The notes under the pieces were generated by a model. That model was not told the DNA's origin and made no database searches. It was given only the letters and a program-made list of their open reading frames with translations. A DNA stretch of 64,000 bases from Callorhinchus milii (lineage: Eukaryota), in assembly GCF_018977255.1 (NCBI RefSeq), contig NW_024704743.1, positions 40,364,001-40,428,000 on the forward strand. Reading direction: 5' to 3'. The translations under genes and the position numbers were made by a program. Of the stretch, positions 12,231 through 25,059 are shown in pieces (position 1 is the first letter of the stretch; each line of letters begins with the position of its first letter).

Positions 12231-12724
12231 ACGATGGTACGATGGTAAATTCATAACTACCCGATCGGCTTTGCTGTTCTGCTCTCTGAACTGAATTTTG
12301 AAAACACCATGTTATTACCAAGGGTAGCTTAGACCTCTTCTGGAGGCAGATTTGTTTTTCTCTCTCTCTTTGGAGTGAATAAGATGTGATGATTATCAAC
12401 GGGGATTGTTTTGACTCTGAGTTTGGCCAGGAATCCTGCAGTCATCCTGAAACACACAATGCCAAAAAATATTGTCAACAATTGAAGGCTTCAGTTGGAG
12501 TAGGGCCCAAATCACACTGTCTAAGTTGGAGGAGTTTTCACCCAAAAAATTGATAATTATAGACTCTTTGAATTTGCAATTTTCAATGGTATGATAATTG
12601 ACACCAGTGGTAATTATCATATGTTTGATCTTCAATATTTTTCCTCACTCAATCTGCAACACTTCACCCTTGAAATAACTCTCATCCTTGAAGGGGGTGG
12701 GGGAGGGTCTGAAAAGGCAGGAAA

Positions 12725-12895
12725 GACATTGGTTTAATATCTCATTCAAAGGACAACCTGCCAACAATGCAAAGATACCTCCAGCGCTGCATTGGAGTGT
12801 CAGCATAGACTATATAAGTTCCAATACCTAGAATGGGGCTTCAACCTAAACCTTCTGACTCAGAGGCAAGTGTTCTGCCAACTGACCGACCCAGA
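12725..12895 (-). mobile_element. Old Deu-domain SINE head
   Basis: CCTTCTGACTCAGAGGCAAGTGTTCTGCCAACTGA is the reverse complement of the tRNA-like head. Confidence 0.6.
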
Positions 12896-13879
12896 CTGAC
12901 AGACTTGAGCATTTTGAGTGTGCATTTCCATAAGTATTGGAACAATTGGATTGGAGTTGTCCTTTTATAGGACTGGAAAGCACAATTTGGAAAGGATCAA
13001 GGAAGCAATAAGAATAAATATAAAAATGAAATCCATTGACTACATTCACAACAGGTTGTTAATGGGTCATAAACAATTTGTTAAATGCTGACATGATGAT
13101 ACCACACTGTACATAATTCATAGTCATCTCAGATTGGAGTCTGATGTGTAGATCAGAAAGATACAAAGGGAATATTAACCTCTAAATTTATTTCCTCTCA
13201 GATTCTGATTGAATTACTGTGAATTTCCGGCAATAGAAATGTTGGATTTCCATCTGTTGTTGTGTAATGTTTTCTGTTGTTGTTATCCCATTTATCTAAT
13301 TTGCTGTTTATTTAGCTGTAGTATGAATTTAAACTAGTTTTTATTGCTTTATACTTTGAAAGTACTGTTTCCCTTCTCCAGTATCACTGAATCAAATCCA
13401 ATTGAACACAGAGATGCAATTATCACAGGAATGATCTTTTACTTTAAACCGTCTGTTTGCTATTTGGCCACAATTGTAAAACAATACAGAGGTTTTATTT
13501 GTGAGTAATTTCATACAATAAGTAAAAAATACATTAGGAAACAAATGTATTTGGAGCATATGCAATTTATGAGATAACTGAGGGCTAATTGCAGGCTAAT
13601 TGTTCACTGGTTTTATGTCCTGCCTGATGCATTGTTTTCAATCAGATGACTATTGTAATAAGAGGCTACAAAAATCTAGAATTGTTTTACAAAGTGAATA
13701 TCATAAAAGATAGATTTGATTTCAAGGTAACCATTTGTCTACAGAATTCATAAAATAGTAATACTAATCCTTGATTTGATATCATGGTTTGGGAGGGCAT
13801 CTCAAAGGGCTTCAGAGGACCTACTGCACTCCGGGACACCAGCCCGCTTGAAGGGCGCTATATAAACGTAAATCATTGT

Positions 13880-14310
13880 TGTTGTTACTGTACAATGTAT
13901 TGACTATGTATTTTTTTGGTGAATGTGACAACGATGTCCCACAAACAGCCATGAAGTGAAGGATCAATTTTATCTGGGGGATTGTTGGCCAGGACATCGG
14001 GAGAAACTCCCACTTCACTTTTTGGAAAATGCCAAGGGATCGTTAACATCCATTTGAGCAGCGAGACAGGACCACAGCTCAAAATCTTATCTGAAGAGAG
14101 ACATGCCTGCATATTTACCTACAAAAACATAGTCATTTTATAATAAATCCTATGAATCCAGTACACCCCAGCACTATCCTAAATCCAGTGCATCCCTAGA
14201 ACTGCATTGGAGTGTCAGCAGAGACTACGTGAGTTCAAACTCTTGATGTGGGGCATTAACCAACAGCCTTTTGACTCACAGGTGAGAATCCTGCCACGTG
14301 AGCAGGTTAA
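13880..14310 (-). mobile_element. Old Deu-domain SINE, rearranged
   Basis: ATGTCCCACAAACAGCC core and head TTGACTCACAGGTGAGA. Confidence 0.55.
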
Positions 14311-15011
14311 CATGTAATATATGAAATGGTATAGAGAAAGGGCAGGTAATTGGGATTTTGTGCCATTTCACCATACCATTTGATATATTAGGGCAACAAA
14401 ATATTTATTTCAATTATCTAAAAAATGTAATAAACTGAGGGAATAGGCTCGGTGGGCTCAAAGGCACTCTTTTATGCTTGTTTTCCTGTGTTTTCATTTT
14501 GCAGAAATTTACACTTCTACTATAACAAATGTTTACAGCACATCTTAAATAATTGTAAAATTGTGTGGCGAATATTTAAGATACTTTCCGTTCTTCTGCA
14601 CGATAGCTGTAAAATTATTGTCTGGTGAAAATATCTACCTTGATTCAAAAACAACAATTTACATTTGGAAAGTAGCTACTGTGCGAATAAATATCTCAAT
14701 TTGATTAACAGTGGGTGAGGTGAAATGGGATAAAAGTAGAGGTGACCAAAGATATTCATTGATCTGTAAAGGCTTTTGGGAAAGCAAGGAAAGAGTCACC
14801 ATGTGAAATAGTTCTGGAAGAGAGCTTCAGAGAATGGGTGTGCTGTCTGAAGACTCAAGCTTTGATGTTGGAGTGAAAGGTAGGAGAATGAGAAGTAAGC
14901 AGAACAACAGAGAGTTCAGACCAAGATGCAGGGATGGAAAATATACTACTATTGAAAATAAATAGCAGTAAATTTGACACTTCAAGGATTAAGGAGTGGA
15001 GGATTAAGGAT

Positions 15012-15332
15012 GTGGAGTCCTGTAGCTCAGTGGTTAGAGCACTCGCTTTGCAAGTGAGAGACCTGAATTCAATTCCAGGCAGGGCGAAACCTTGGGCAAG
15101 TTTCCTTACTCCACACAGAGCCTAATAATAATCCCTCCAAAACCAAAACCAATAATAAATTGGTCATTTTCAATCTATGACTGTTTGTGGGACATTGTTG
15201 TGCGCAATTGGCTGCCGCGTTCGCCCACAAATATACAGTCAATTCACTTTACAGTGTGTTCTGTGAAGCGCTTTGGGACGTCCTCCCGATGTGAAAAGCG
15301 CTATATCAAATGCAAGGATTATTATTATTATT
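15012..15332 (+). mobile_element. Young tRNA-Ala-derived SINE
   Basis: Near-identical to the other young copies; (TTA)n tail. Confidence 0.93.
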
Positions 15333-18300
15333 AAAAGTCCATTCCCCTTATATTAATTAGTTACTTTAACCTTACTGATGATTATCATGGATTAATTTAA
15401 GTATCATTCATGAAATGTCAGCTATGTTTCTTAAAAAAGGAAATATTATTAGTCTTTTGGCTGTCTAACAGCCTGTCCTTTTTATCTTTGTATAAACTTC
15501 TTTAAATGCCTACTAGAAATTTTTACAACTTGGTTGAAATATATTCCTTGCCACCAAGTTGCTTTTATGCAGTAATCCATCACCCTTTTATAGCAGTAAA
15601 CTGGAAAACATTGTTTAGGCTTTAGAAATTACATTGAGTCTAATAAAAAAGGTGATTGCTAACATAGTAGAAAGCTTTGGGTTGAGTTTGATCAAATGCC
15701 AGGAGTGGATGCATATTCTCAATAATTAACATATAGGGTACAAACATAAACGGAAGCACTCGGCACACGTTTTCTATATTTTCCACAAATTTCGTCATTA
15801 ATTTTACAAGTGTGAAGATAGAATTTGGGACGCAAGAGAACTGAAACCAACTTTAACTTACTGGGTGATGTGATTAAATTATGCATTATATACTTACATT
15901 TACAAGAGCGACTTTAATAAAAATAAAATATTTCCACCTTAGTAAACATGAGAAATATATAATTAGAAAGGACAATTCAATAAAAAAAGCTTATTTGAAT
16001 TCCATTGTCAATTAATTATAGAAGAGTAAGAAGAAAAATAACAATAGTTAATTCATAATTAGAACAGTATCGTTTGAATTATTTCCTTCTAAAGATTTTA
16101 AAACAATTTTAACAGTTGTGCTTCACTGTGGCTCAAAGTAAGTATAAATTTAAGCAACAATGGATGAAAAAAGTAGATAAGGTCTTAAACAGGGCTTTAT
16201 TGAATGGAAATAATAGAAATATTAATCAACCTTCTTTCCCATCCAGTGATCAATTTAGCTCCTTGCAGTCAATTTCACTCACAGTACCATACATATTAGT
16301 ACATGGGGAAAAAGTCATTTTAACCACAAGGAAAATTAAATGTTTTTTACAGGTTATGAAATTTTAAAGAAAGAACATTTTTATAAATGTTTCTGTCTCA
16401 AAGTCCTATGAACTATTGCTAAGTTTAGTGACAGTTTTGTTTTGCAAAGAAATCCAGATCCTGAACTCAAAAAAAATTACATGTATACTGACTAACAGTG
16501 AAAACAAAATTAATCATCTAAAATGATTAGTCAAGTCACAACCAGTCAAAACAGGTTCTTACAATATGGAAATTAGGGCCAATCATCCCATGGGATTCTG
16601 TTACATTACCTGTAAATCAATCGTTATTTCAGAAAAGCTTTGTTTGATCTGATTCTGAACTCAGTTTTCACTCATCAGTTTTTAAATAGAATCGATTTTG
16701 TGGTACTATATATGCCTAGAATCAGCTACTCCATTGCTTATCCCATCCAAGGTCTGCAATTGTCAAGGTCTGATCCTCAAGACCATTGTCATACAAGTTG
16801 AGATCATTGCTATTTTTTCTTTATATAGTAAATTTATGAATTTTGCAAATTTCTCCACAATTCTACAGAATGACTTTAAGGCAAAAACCACAAAAGTGAT
16901 TTGGTACCTCAAAATTCCACAATTCACCTAAATTAAATTACATTACATGTCCAGAGAACATAAAGCTATTTCTTCAGGTCTTTGGTTGACATTTTTACAA
17001 AGCTTGTAGTATATTTTTATATAATGTGTTTCATGTTGGCAGGAAGTCTTAAAGAGCTTCACACAGCAGGCTGGGCACATAAAGTGAGTCGGGCGTCTTA
17101 AGGGAGTCAGATGGGGGGAAGATGACCAAAAGGTGGTCAAATAATTGAGTCTTATGACAGGTTTTAAAAATGCGAAGGGAGGGAGCAAGGTGGAGGAAGT
17201 GGGGAGGGATGGAGCTGAGAGTGGGGATAGATTAGCTGAAAGTTCAACCACCAATGTTGGGTTGAATTGGGCAGGGCACATGAAGCAGGGTGGTGTTTGT
17301 TGAGCGGAGAGATAGGTCAGTTCCGTAGGGGCTCAGCAGGATGCAGAGGTAGGGTGGGGCGAGGCTGTAAGGGATTTCAATATGAGAATGAGGATGTGAT
17401 GAACAGGTTTGGATTACAGCTTGATTTATGTGATTGGAACAACTTGTTATTTTTTCCAACAGTGGTGCAATTTGGAACCATTTTTTTATTTCCTGCTTGA
17501 AAATGACTCTTCCAGTCTATGAAGAGCTTTGCTTATATCTAAGAAGTCCTTATTCTTTAATGAAGTTAAAGAGACAATTGTGTGAAAGTGACTATGAAAA
17601 ACAATTTTCATGTCTTGAGGAATGGCCAAGATTAAAAGTTCTTTTGAAATTGGCTGCAGTAAAGATCTGATTTATTCAGTAGCTAATAAATCGATTTTGT
17701 TCCTGAAATCACCTCTGCCACGTTGAGAGCAGAGCTCAGAATCACTGCCTTTTAAACTTGATTTACGCTACTCTATTACCATTGATTCAATGCAAAAAAA
17801 CCACATTGAATCAACAGTAACCTTTAGTGTAAACAGGACACTGAACAGCTACACTTTCATGAAAGGTAAACGATTGATTCATGGATCTAATAACAATTTA
17901 AGAATGCATAATTTAGACAAACATTTTGCAAATCTAGAATGTTATCAAACCTATATCAGGTGGATTTTAGCACTTTGAATAGTATAAATGTTTTAATACT
18001 TTAATACTAACTTCATCAGTTGTATTTTAAAGAAATTGGTCACTCAATCCATGATTGTTTGTGGGATACTTCTGTGTGCAACTGGTTGCGGTGTTTCGCC
18101 CACAAAATACAAAGTCAATCCGCTTTACAGTATATTCTGTGAAGCGTTTTGAAACATTTCAATGACGTGATAAGGCATTATATCAAATGCAAGGATTATT
18201 ATTTAAATATATAATTTCAAAAGTCTAAAATACTACCAGTTGAAGTTAACTGAAATGATAGCTGAAAAAAGACCCTGGTGTTACACTAGATCAATGCATT

Positions 18301-18809
18301 GAGTAGTTGGTATTGCACCATACAAAGAAAGATCCACAAATTCTACTTCTATGTATTGAGAAAGAAAAATTCAAACCTTTTATAATCTTGGAAATGTTTA
18401 TTTGATTTGGAAAACAAAACTAAGAAATTATTTAACAACAGGATCAGAATGTTATAATGTGTCCACTGGTTGCAATGCAACATAGTACCTGTATCTGTCA
18501 TCACAGCCAATGGTTCCAAAATTGCTTCAAAGTGTGTCTTAGAGTCATAACACGTCAAAGATGATAGCCACAAAACATTGCAATTAATTTTTAACTTGAG
18601 AAAACTTCACAATGAGCCAAAATCTCATAGGCACAACATTTCACCTTGTTTTATGTTCTATGTCTGGGCTTTGAGATCACAATCTAGGATGATACTTAAG
18701 TGCAGTCCTTGGGGAGTGCTGCATCAGTAGACCTGCCATCCTTTGGATGAGATGTTAAACTAAAGTTCCATCTACCTGTTCAGTTAGATGCTAATGATTC
18801 TATTAGCAT

Positions 18810-21180
18810 GGAGAAATATATTCCACTAAAAACAAGATAAAGCTAAATAATAATGAGACATTTTGGATGAATAAAGACATAAGGGCAACATTGAGACTGA
18901 GGAAGGAGGCGTTCACGAAGTACATAAACCACAAGGGAGAGCATGACAAAAAAGAATATGAAAAGATCAGGAAAGTAGTCAAAAGACATTTAGGAAGGCA
19001 AAGACAAATTATGAAATCAAATGATCAAGGAATATAAAAATAAATAGTAAAATATTCCACAGACATACAAATAACAAAAGAAACATCAAAATAGGGATAG
19101 GGCCATTAAGGGATTGGCAAAATAAGATCACAGGCCGCGACAGCAAAATGGCAGAAATATTGAATAGTTACTTTATCTCAGTATTTACTAGGGAGGCAGA
19201 TCAGGTGGACGTGGCAATAGAACAGATCAAAATAATATAAATACATTTAAGATAAAAAGGAGACAATCAATAAACAAACCAAACTCAGAGAGGATAAAAT
19301 CCCTGATCCAAATGGATTGTATCTACGTGTATCAGAAGAATCTAGGGAAGAGATAGCAGAGGCACTATTACACATAATTCAATAGAGAAGGGAATAGTAC
19401 CAGAGGACTGGAGGACAGTAAATGTTATACCTATATTTAGAAGGAAATAGAACAAACCCAGGGAACTAAAGACTTGTCAGCTTAACATCAGTGGTAGGAA
19501 GATAATGGAATCCTTACTGAAAGAAGTAATAGAAAAACATCTAGAAACCAAAAATATAATAAAGAATAGTTAGCATGGATTTCAAAATGGAGGGTCATGC
19601 TTGACCAATCTCATTGAATACTTTGAAGAGGTAACTTAAAGAGTAGACAAGGGTAATGCAGTAGATGTAATACATTGGGATTTCCAAAAGGCGTTCAATA
19701 AGGTACCGCATAATAGACTAATGAATAAGGTCAAAGCATGTGGAGTCAGGGGAAAAGTAGCAGAATGGATAGCAAGCTGACAACAAGGCAGAACAAACAG
19801 AGAGCAGGGGTAAAGGAGTCCTGTAGCTCAGTGGTTAGAGCACTCGCTTTGCAAGTGAGAGACCAGAGTTCAATTCCGGGCAGGGCGAAACCTTGGGCAA
19901 GTTTCCTTACCCCACACGCCTAATAATAATCCCTCCAAAACAAAAAAACAATAATAAAATTGGTCATTTTCAATCTACGACTGTTTGTGGGACATTGCTG
20001 TGTGCAATGGCTGCCACGTTCGCCCACAAATATACAGTCAATTCACTTTACAGTGTGTTCTGTGAAGCGCTTTGGGACGTCCTCCCTATGTGAAAAGCGC
20101 TATATCAAATGCAAGGATTATTATTATTATTATTATTAATATAAGGATAGCTACTCAGACTGGCAGAGGGTGGGAAGTGGTGTTCCACAAGAATTGGTAT
20201 TCAGACCACTGTTGTTCACAATTTACATTAATGATTTGGACTCAGAGATCGAAAGTACAATTTCACAATTTGCAGACGGCACCAAATTGGGGGGAGTAGT
20301 TAATACTGAGGAGAACTGCAACAAATTACAGCAAGACTTTAATAAACTTGCTGAATGTGCATTTAATTGGTAAATGCATTTGAATATAGATAAGTGTGAG
20401 GCAGAACATTTTGGGTTGGAGGAATAAGGAGGTCATATACTGCCTGCAAAATAAAAACCTAAATGGGGTAGAGGAGCAAAAGGATCTTGGGGTACACATA
20501 CACAAATCACTAAAAGTAGCAACCCAGGTTAATAAGGCCATAGAAAAGCAAACCAGGTATTGGGGTTCATTTCTAGAGGGATAGAAATGAAAAGCAGGGA
20601 AGTTATGGTAAACTTATGTCGAACCTTGGTTAGAATACACTTAGAATACTCTGTGCAGTTCTGGTCTTCACATTATAGAAAGGATGTAGAGGCACTGGAG
20701 AGGGTGCAAAGGAGATTCACAAGAATGATCCCAGAACTGAGAGGTTATATCTATCAGGAAAGGCTGAACATGTTTTGACTCCTTTCTCTTGAAAAGGGAA
20801 TGGTAAGGGGTGACCTGATAGAGATCTTTAAAATTATGAAAGGTTTTGACAGGGTAGACATAGACAAGACAAAGAGATCAAAATCAGGGGCCATCAATAC
20901 AAAATAGTCACAAATAGATCAAATAGGGAAGTCAGAAGAAACTTTGTATACACAGAGAGTGGTGGGAATGTGGAACATGCTACCACAAGGTGTTGTTGAG
21001 GTAAATAGCATAGATGTATTTAAGGGGAAGCCAGATAGGTACATGAGGGAGAAAGGAATAGAAGGTTATGCTTGAAGGCTTAGTTGATGAAGGGCAGGAG
21101 GATGCTCATGTGGAGCATAAACACCGGCAGAGACCAGTTGGGCTGAATGACCTGTTTCTGTGCTGTATATTCTAATGTAT
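18810..21180 (+). mobile_element. 5'-truncated CR1 LINE ORF2 remnant, interrupted by a SINE
   Basis: QKAFNKVPH, GVPQELVFRPLLFTIYINDLD, FADGTKLGG, DLGVHIHKSLK, LEYSVQFWSSHYRKDVEALERVQRRF; CR1-type 3' UTR; many stops and frameshifts. Confidence 0.92.
19815..20140 (+). mobile_element. Young tRNA-Ala-derived SINE inside CR1
   Basis: Full SINE; the CR1 sequence continues on both sides. Confidence 0.92.
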
Positions 21181-21290
21181 TTGGATAGCTGGGTGTCTGA
21201 CACATGCAGAAACTGTCAACTCCAGAAACATTCCACATGTGCTTGAAATTTCCCTATGTCTGGAATACATACACTTTCCTTGGAGGAATG
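21181..21290 (-). mobile_element. Unclassified short dispersed repeat (putative MITE), partial copy
   Basis: GGTGTCTGACACATGCAGAAAC is the reverse complement of the motif at 44365, 58650 and 63310. Confidence 0.5.
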
Positions 21291-21529
21291 CACGCAGTTT
21301 AACTATTTTTTGTATTTTTAAAAGTATTAGGTGTAAATTGGCAAGAGCCAAGGCTTCGGGACTGCAAAACATGTGTTGAGTTTAACCTGCTAAAAGTGCA
21401 TAGCTTGTCATTGAGAACATTTTCTGGTAAGATTCCCACTCCTTGTTCAGCTAAGACCACCTTACCTGTCCTCCCGACGTGAAAGGCGCTTTATAAATGC
21501 AATTTGTTGTTGTTATTGTTATTGTTAGG

Positions 21530-23045
21530 GGTTTGGCCTCTGGCCAGGAAGAATCCCTCCCAATGACTCTTCTGCTCCTGCAAGTCCTATTGATTAGTCA
21601 GACTGGCTGGTCTTTCATCAGCATTGTCCTGATGCATACTGTTGTCTCAGGAACCAGACTCCTGAGACTGCAATAGAGGGTTGCCTTGATTCTGACTTTA
21701 CCAAGGACATTTCCCTGGAAGCTTCATTGAGACCCAAGAGGACAGTCACTAGTTGGTCATTTGCTACCTGACGGGTGTAGGTTGAAATCCTCACTTGGTA
21801 GATAGCAGGTACCAGGAACTCACTGTCAACTTCCTGGTGAGCAGCAGAGCTCAGTTTAAAACGTGAGAGAGCATTGCCCATAGCTTGGATAGACGTTTCT
21901 ACCTAATGAGTGATGCTTCCACCATTTAGAGGTACAAAGCTTGAGCATAGATATCTACAACAACAACAAGATTACATTTATACAGCGAATTTCATGTCGG
22001 GAGAACGTCCCAAGGTGCTGGACAGTGTACAGCATTTCAGACCCGAGCTGGGGTCGAGGAGGGAGAAGGGAGGGAAGGGGAAGGGTGGTGGCCGAGGGCA
22101 TGGTTGAAAGAGGAGAGTTTTGAGGCGGGACTTGAAGGAGGCTAAGGAGGGGGCGAGGCGGAGTGATTGTGGGATGGAATTCCAGAGATTGGGGGCAGAG
22201 TGGCTGAAGGCTCTCCCGCCAATGGTGAGGCGGGTGGGTCGGAGGACATGGGGCAGGCCAGAGCCAGCTGAGCGGAGGGAACGGGCGGGTTGGTAGGGGG
22301 TTAGGAGGTCACAGAGGTAGAGTGGGGTGAGGCCATGGAGGGCTTTGTATGTGAGGATCAGGATCTTGAACTGGATCTTCTGAAGGATAAGGAGCCAGTG
22401 GGGTCGGGCGAGAGTGGGGGAAGTGGGGTCACAGAGTTTGGTGTGGGAGAGAACACGGGCTGCAAAGTTCTGGATTATCTGCAGCCTGTGGAGGGAGGAG
22501 TTAGGAAGACCGACAAGCAGGGCATTTGCATAGTCGAGCCTGGAGGTGATGAAGGCATATATAAGAGTTTCAACAGCCTGAGGGGGAAATAGTAGCAGAG
22601 TCGGGCAATGTTACAGAGGTGAGGGAAGGCAGAGTGGGTCATGGCTTGGATATGGGGAAGAAACGACAGTTATACCTACCTCTCTGTATAGCCAGCAAGA
22701 TGGATTCCAAGCCTTGACTATATGAGCATTTGAACACAAACTCACACCCCGATAATATCTTCCAGTACCTGGAATCGAAACTCCATCATCTGCTCTGTTG
22801 TTTGGAATTAAGAGATAATATCACTGAAGGGAGAAATGTCATATTTGACTGGCAGGAGAGGAAACACAGAAACAGGACAGCTCTTGTGCTGTTGCACAAA
22901 CTCTTAGACATGATTGATGGAAAACAGAATGACTTAGGTTGTTGGTAAATTTACACACACGTTGAAGAAGTACTTCTCAAAATTTTCCTGTATTCTGCCA
23001 ACAGACACTTTCTAGATAGATCGGCAAAGAAAGCAGATGTATGCT
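21530..23045 (+). mobile_element. Decayed DIRS-like RT/RNase H remnant, split by an L2
   Basis: PWKLH, SLSTSW*AAELSLKR, LMSDAS before the L2; ARW, LRDNIT..VIFDWQ, IFLYSAN after it; same order as DIRS PWARLH, LxWW, TDAS, GxW, TDNTT..YINRQ, DLFAS. Confidence 0.5.
21957..22670 (-). mobile_element. L2 LINE 3' fragment
   Basis: (CAA)n tail; close match to 32116-32830. Confidence 0.92.
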
Positions 23046-23087
23046 AGGAGGAGGATTTTGCAATATTTCTTAATGAATTAACTAGTT

Positions 23088-23452
23088 ATAATAATAATCC
23101 TTGCATTTGATATAGCGCCTTATCACGTCTTCAAGACACCCCAAAGTGTTTCATAGAATATACTGTAAAGTTAATTGACGTATAATTTGTGGGTGAAACA
23201 CGGCAGCCAATTACACACAGCAGTGTCCCACAAACAGCCTTGGATTGAAGTGACCTAATTTATTTTTTTAAGGAATTATTAGCACCAGAAAAGCGATCCG
23301 CCAATCGACTAACAACTGGGTTCCTACTTACTGCTAGGTAAGCAGAGGCACGTGGAGTAAGGGAACTTGCCTAACATTTCGCCCTGCCAGGAATAGAACC
23401 CAGGTCTCTCGCTTACAAGGTGAGTGCTCTAACCACTGAACTGCAGGATACC
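23088..23452 (-). mobile_element. tRNA-derived SINE, long subfamily
   Basis: Full head, internal segment at about 23282-23347, old-type tail. Confidence 0.88.
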
Positions 23453-23809
23453 CATACATGGTGTGTGTGATATACTTCTAATTATTGGAAGGAATATCCA
23501 CTCAGATTCTATTAAGTCATATTAAAACATTGATTTATAGATTAAAAACCCCATTAAAACAGAAAAAAAAACCAAAATAATGATGATAATCATATCTCTA
23601 TCTTCGCTTCTGTAACTTCAGCCATAGATGGCAGTTGTCACTTACCAGCCAGAAAGAATACTATGGCCGTAGAGAAAAAATCTAGTGGCAACCCAATCAA
23701 ATTATAATTTAGGTTTATTTGAATTGAAGTAAAATGATCTAACTTGTGTAGTTTTGGATTTTCAATTAATTTTAGTGTCCCAACTGCTGTTTCCACAGTG
23801 TGTGTTGAG

Positions 23810-24385
23810 AATCACAGACACTCACAAACACAGAGGGAGACACTCACAAACACAGAGGGAGACACAGAGAAAGACACACAAACACAAAGACACACACAAA
23901 CACATAGAGACACACAGACACACGCAAACAACACATAGAGAGAGCTACACAGACACTTACAACACAGAGACACACACAGACACACGCAAACACATAAAGA
24001 CATGCAGACACACACAAACATAGAGACACGCACAGACACACAAACACAGAGACGCACACAGACACACACAAACATATAGAGACACATAGACACTTGCAAA
24101 CAACACATAGAGAGAGCTACACAGACACTTACAACACAGAGACACACACAGACACTCACAAACACAGAGACACACACACATACACTCACAACACATAGAG
24201 AGAGACACATGGATATCACAGACGCAGAGACACACACACACACAGACACTCACAACACATAGAGACACACGGATATCACAGACACAGAGAGGGAGACACA
24301 CAAGGACACTCACATTGAGAGGCAGACACTCACAAATACAGAGAGACACACACAGACATTCATAATCACACAAATATACAGACAA
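23810..24385. repeat. (CA/GA)-rich low-complexity tract with an internal duplication
   Basis: ACAC/AGAC units; GCAAACAACACATAGAGAGAGCTACACAGACACTTACAACACAGAGACACACACAGACAC occurs at about 23924 and 24095. Confidence 0.9.
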
Positions 24386-24394
24386 TTGCAACAG

Positions 24395-24595
24395 GAGGGA
24401 CTCCGAGTGAAGCTCATTTTCCGCTTGCACCGCAGCACGCATAAGCGTCCAGAGCCACTTCACCCACAGTGACATCCAATAATCACCAAGCGGCCCACGG
24501 GCTATAAACTACATCTATAGTGGGTTTGTAGCAGGGGAGGATGTTTATAGTGGATTGCGCGGGAAAATTGCGGCCGCACTTTTCTATTGGTCCAT
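24395..24595. promoter_or_regulatory. Promoter-like CpG patch
   Basis: CpG cluster in a CpG-poor background; E2F-type GCGCGGGAAAA 24557-24567; CCAAT 24476-24480 (+) and 24586-24590 (-); ACTACA/TGTAG motifs at 24508-24531. Confidence 0.5.
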
Positions 24596-24596
24596 A

Positions 24597-24770
24597 GGTT
24601 TAGAGTTACAAAGGGCAATTTTAAGCACAGGAAGCAGAATGTTTTTCTGTAGGCAGAGCACATTCAACAAAACAAACAGGTTATCAGAAATGATGGTTGA
24701 GGCCAGAACACCGGATTCAGTTAAGAAGCAGCTTGATTCTGTGATGGCAGAATAGTAGTAGTTTGTTATG
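24597..24770 (+). mobile_element. Old CR1 3' fragment
   Basis: VEARTPDSVKKQLD resembles the CR1 ORF2 C-terminus (VEA...FKxxLD). Confidence 0.55.
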
Positions 24771-25059
24771 CTTGGTCTGATGCTTGGTTGGTTCAAAGAT
24801 TTGGAACAGATTTGGATTTGATTGAACCTTTTGGACTCTTACCCCAAATTAATTCCCATAATTCTAGACTGGATTATCATTCCCTTTGCATAAACATTTA
24901 TGTTCTGCTTTATGCTCCCATTATGTGAGCATCTGTCAAATTGGGCAGGGTCCTGTTAAACCTGCTCTTAGACTTCATAGGCCATCTGTTAAAATAACAC
25001 TCAATAACACTAAATAGATAAATACTCAGTTAGGCCTACATTCAATTTATTTATTAGTA

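Noticed and set aside
15092..15334. Recurrent ORFs ending in KRYIKCKDYYY
   Set aside because: They are incidental reading frames through SINE bodies and (TTA)n tails.
16611..16928. Minus-strand exon with plausible splice sites
   Set aside because: Stops in all three frames; nothing supports a non-coding exon.
21700..22795. Two minus-strand exons encoding a PLAT-like domain (ADDGVSIPG...CWLYRE and VETSIQ...SREMSL)
   Set aside because: The PLAT resemblance is weak, and the + strand fits a DIRS RNase H motif series across the L2 insertion better. Not fully excluded.
23744..24475. VC- and TH-rich ORFs of up to 172 aa
   Set aside because: Translations of the CA/GA low-complexity tract.
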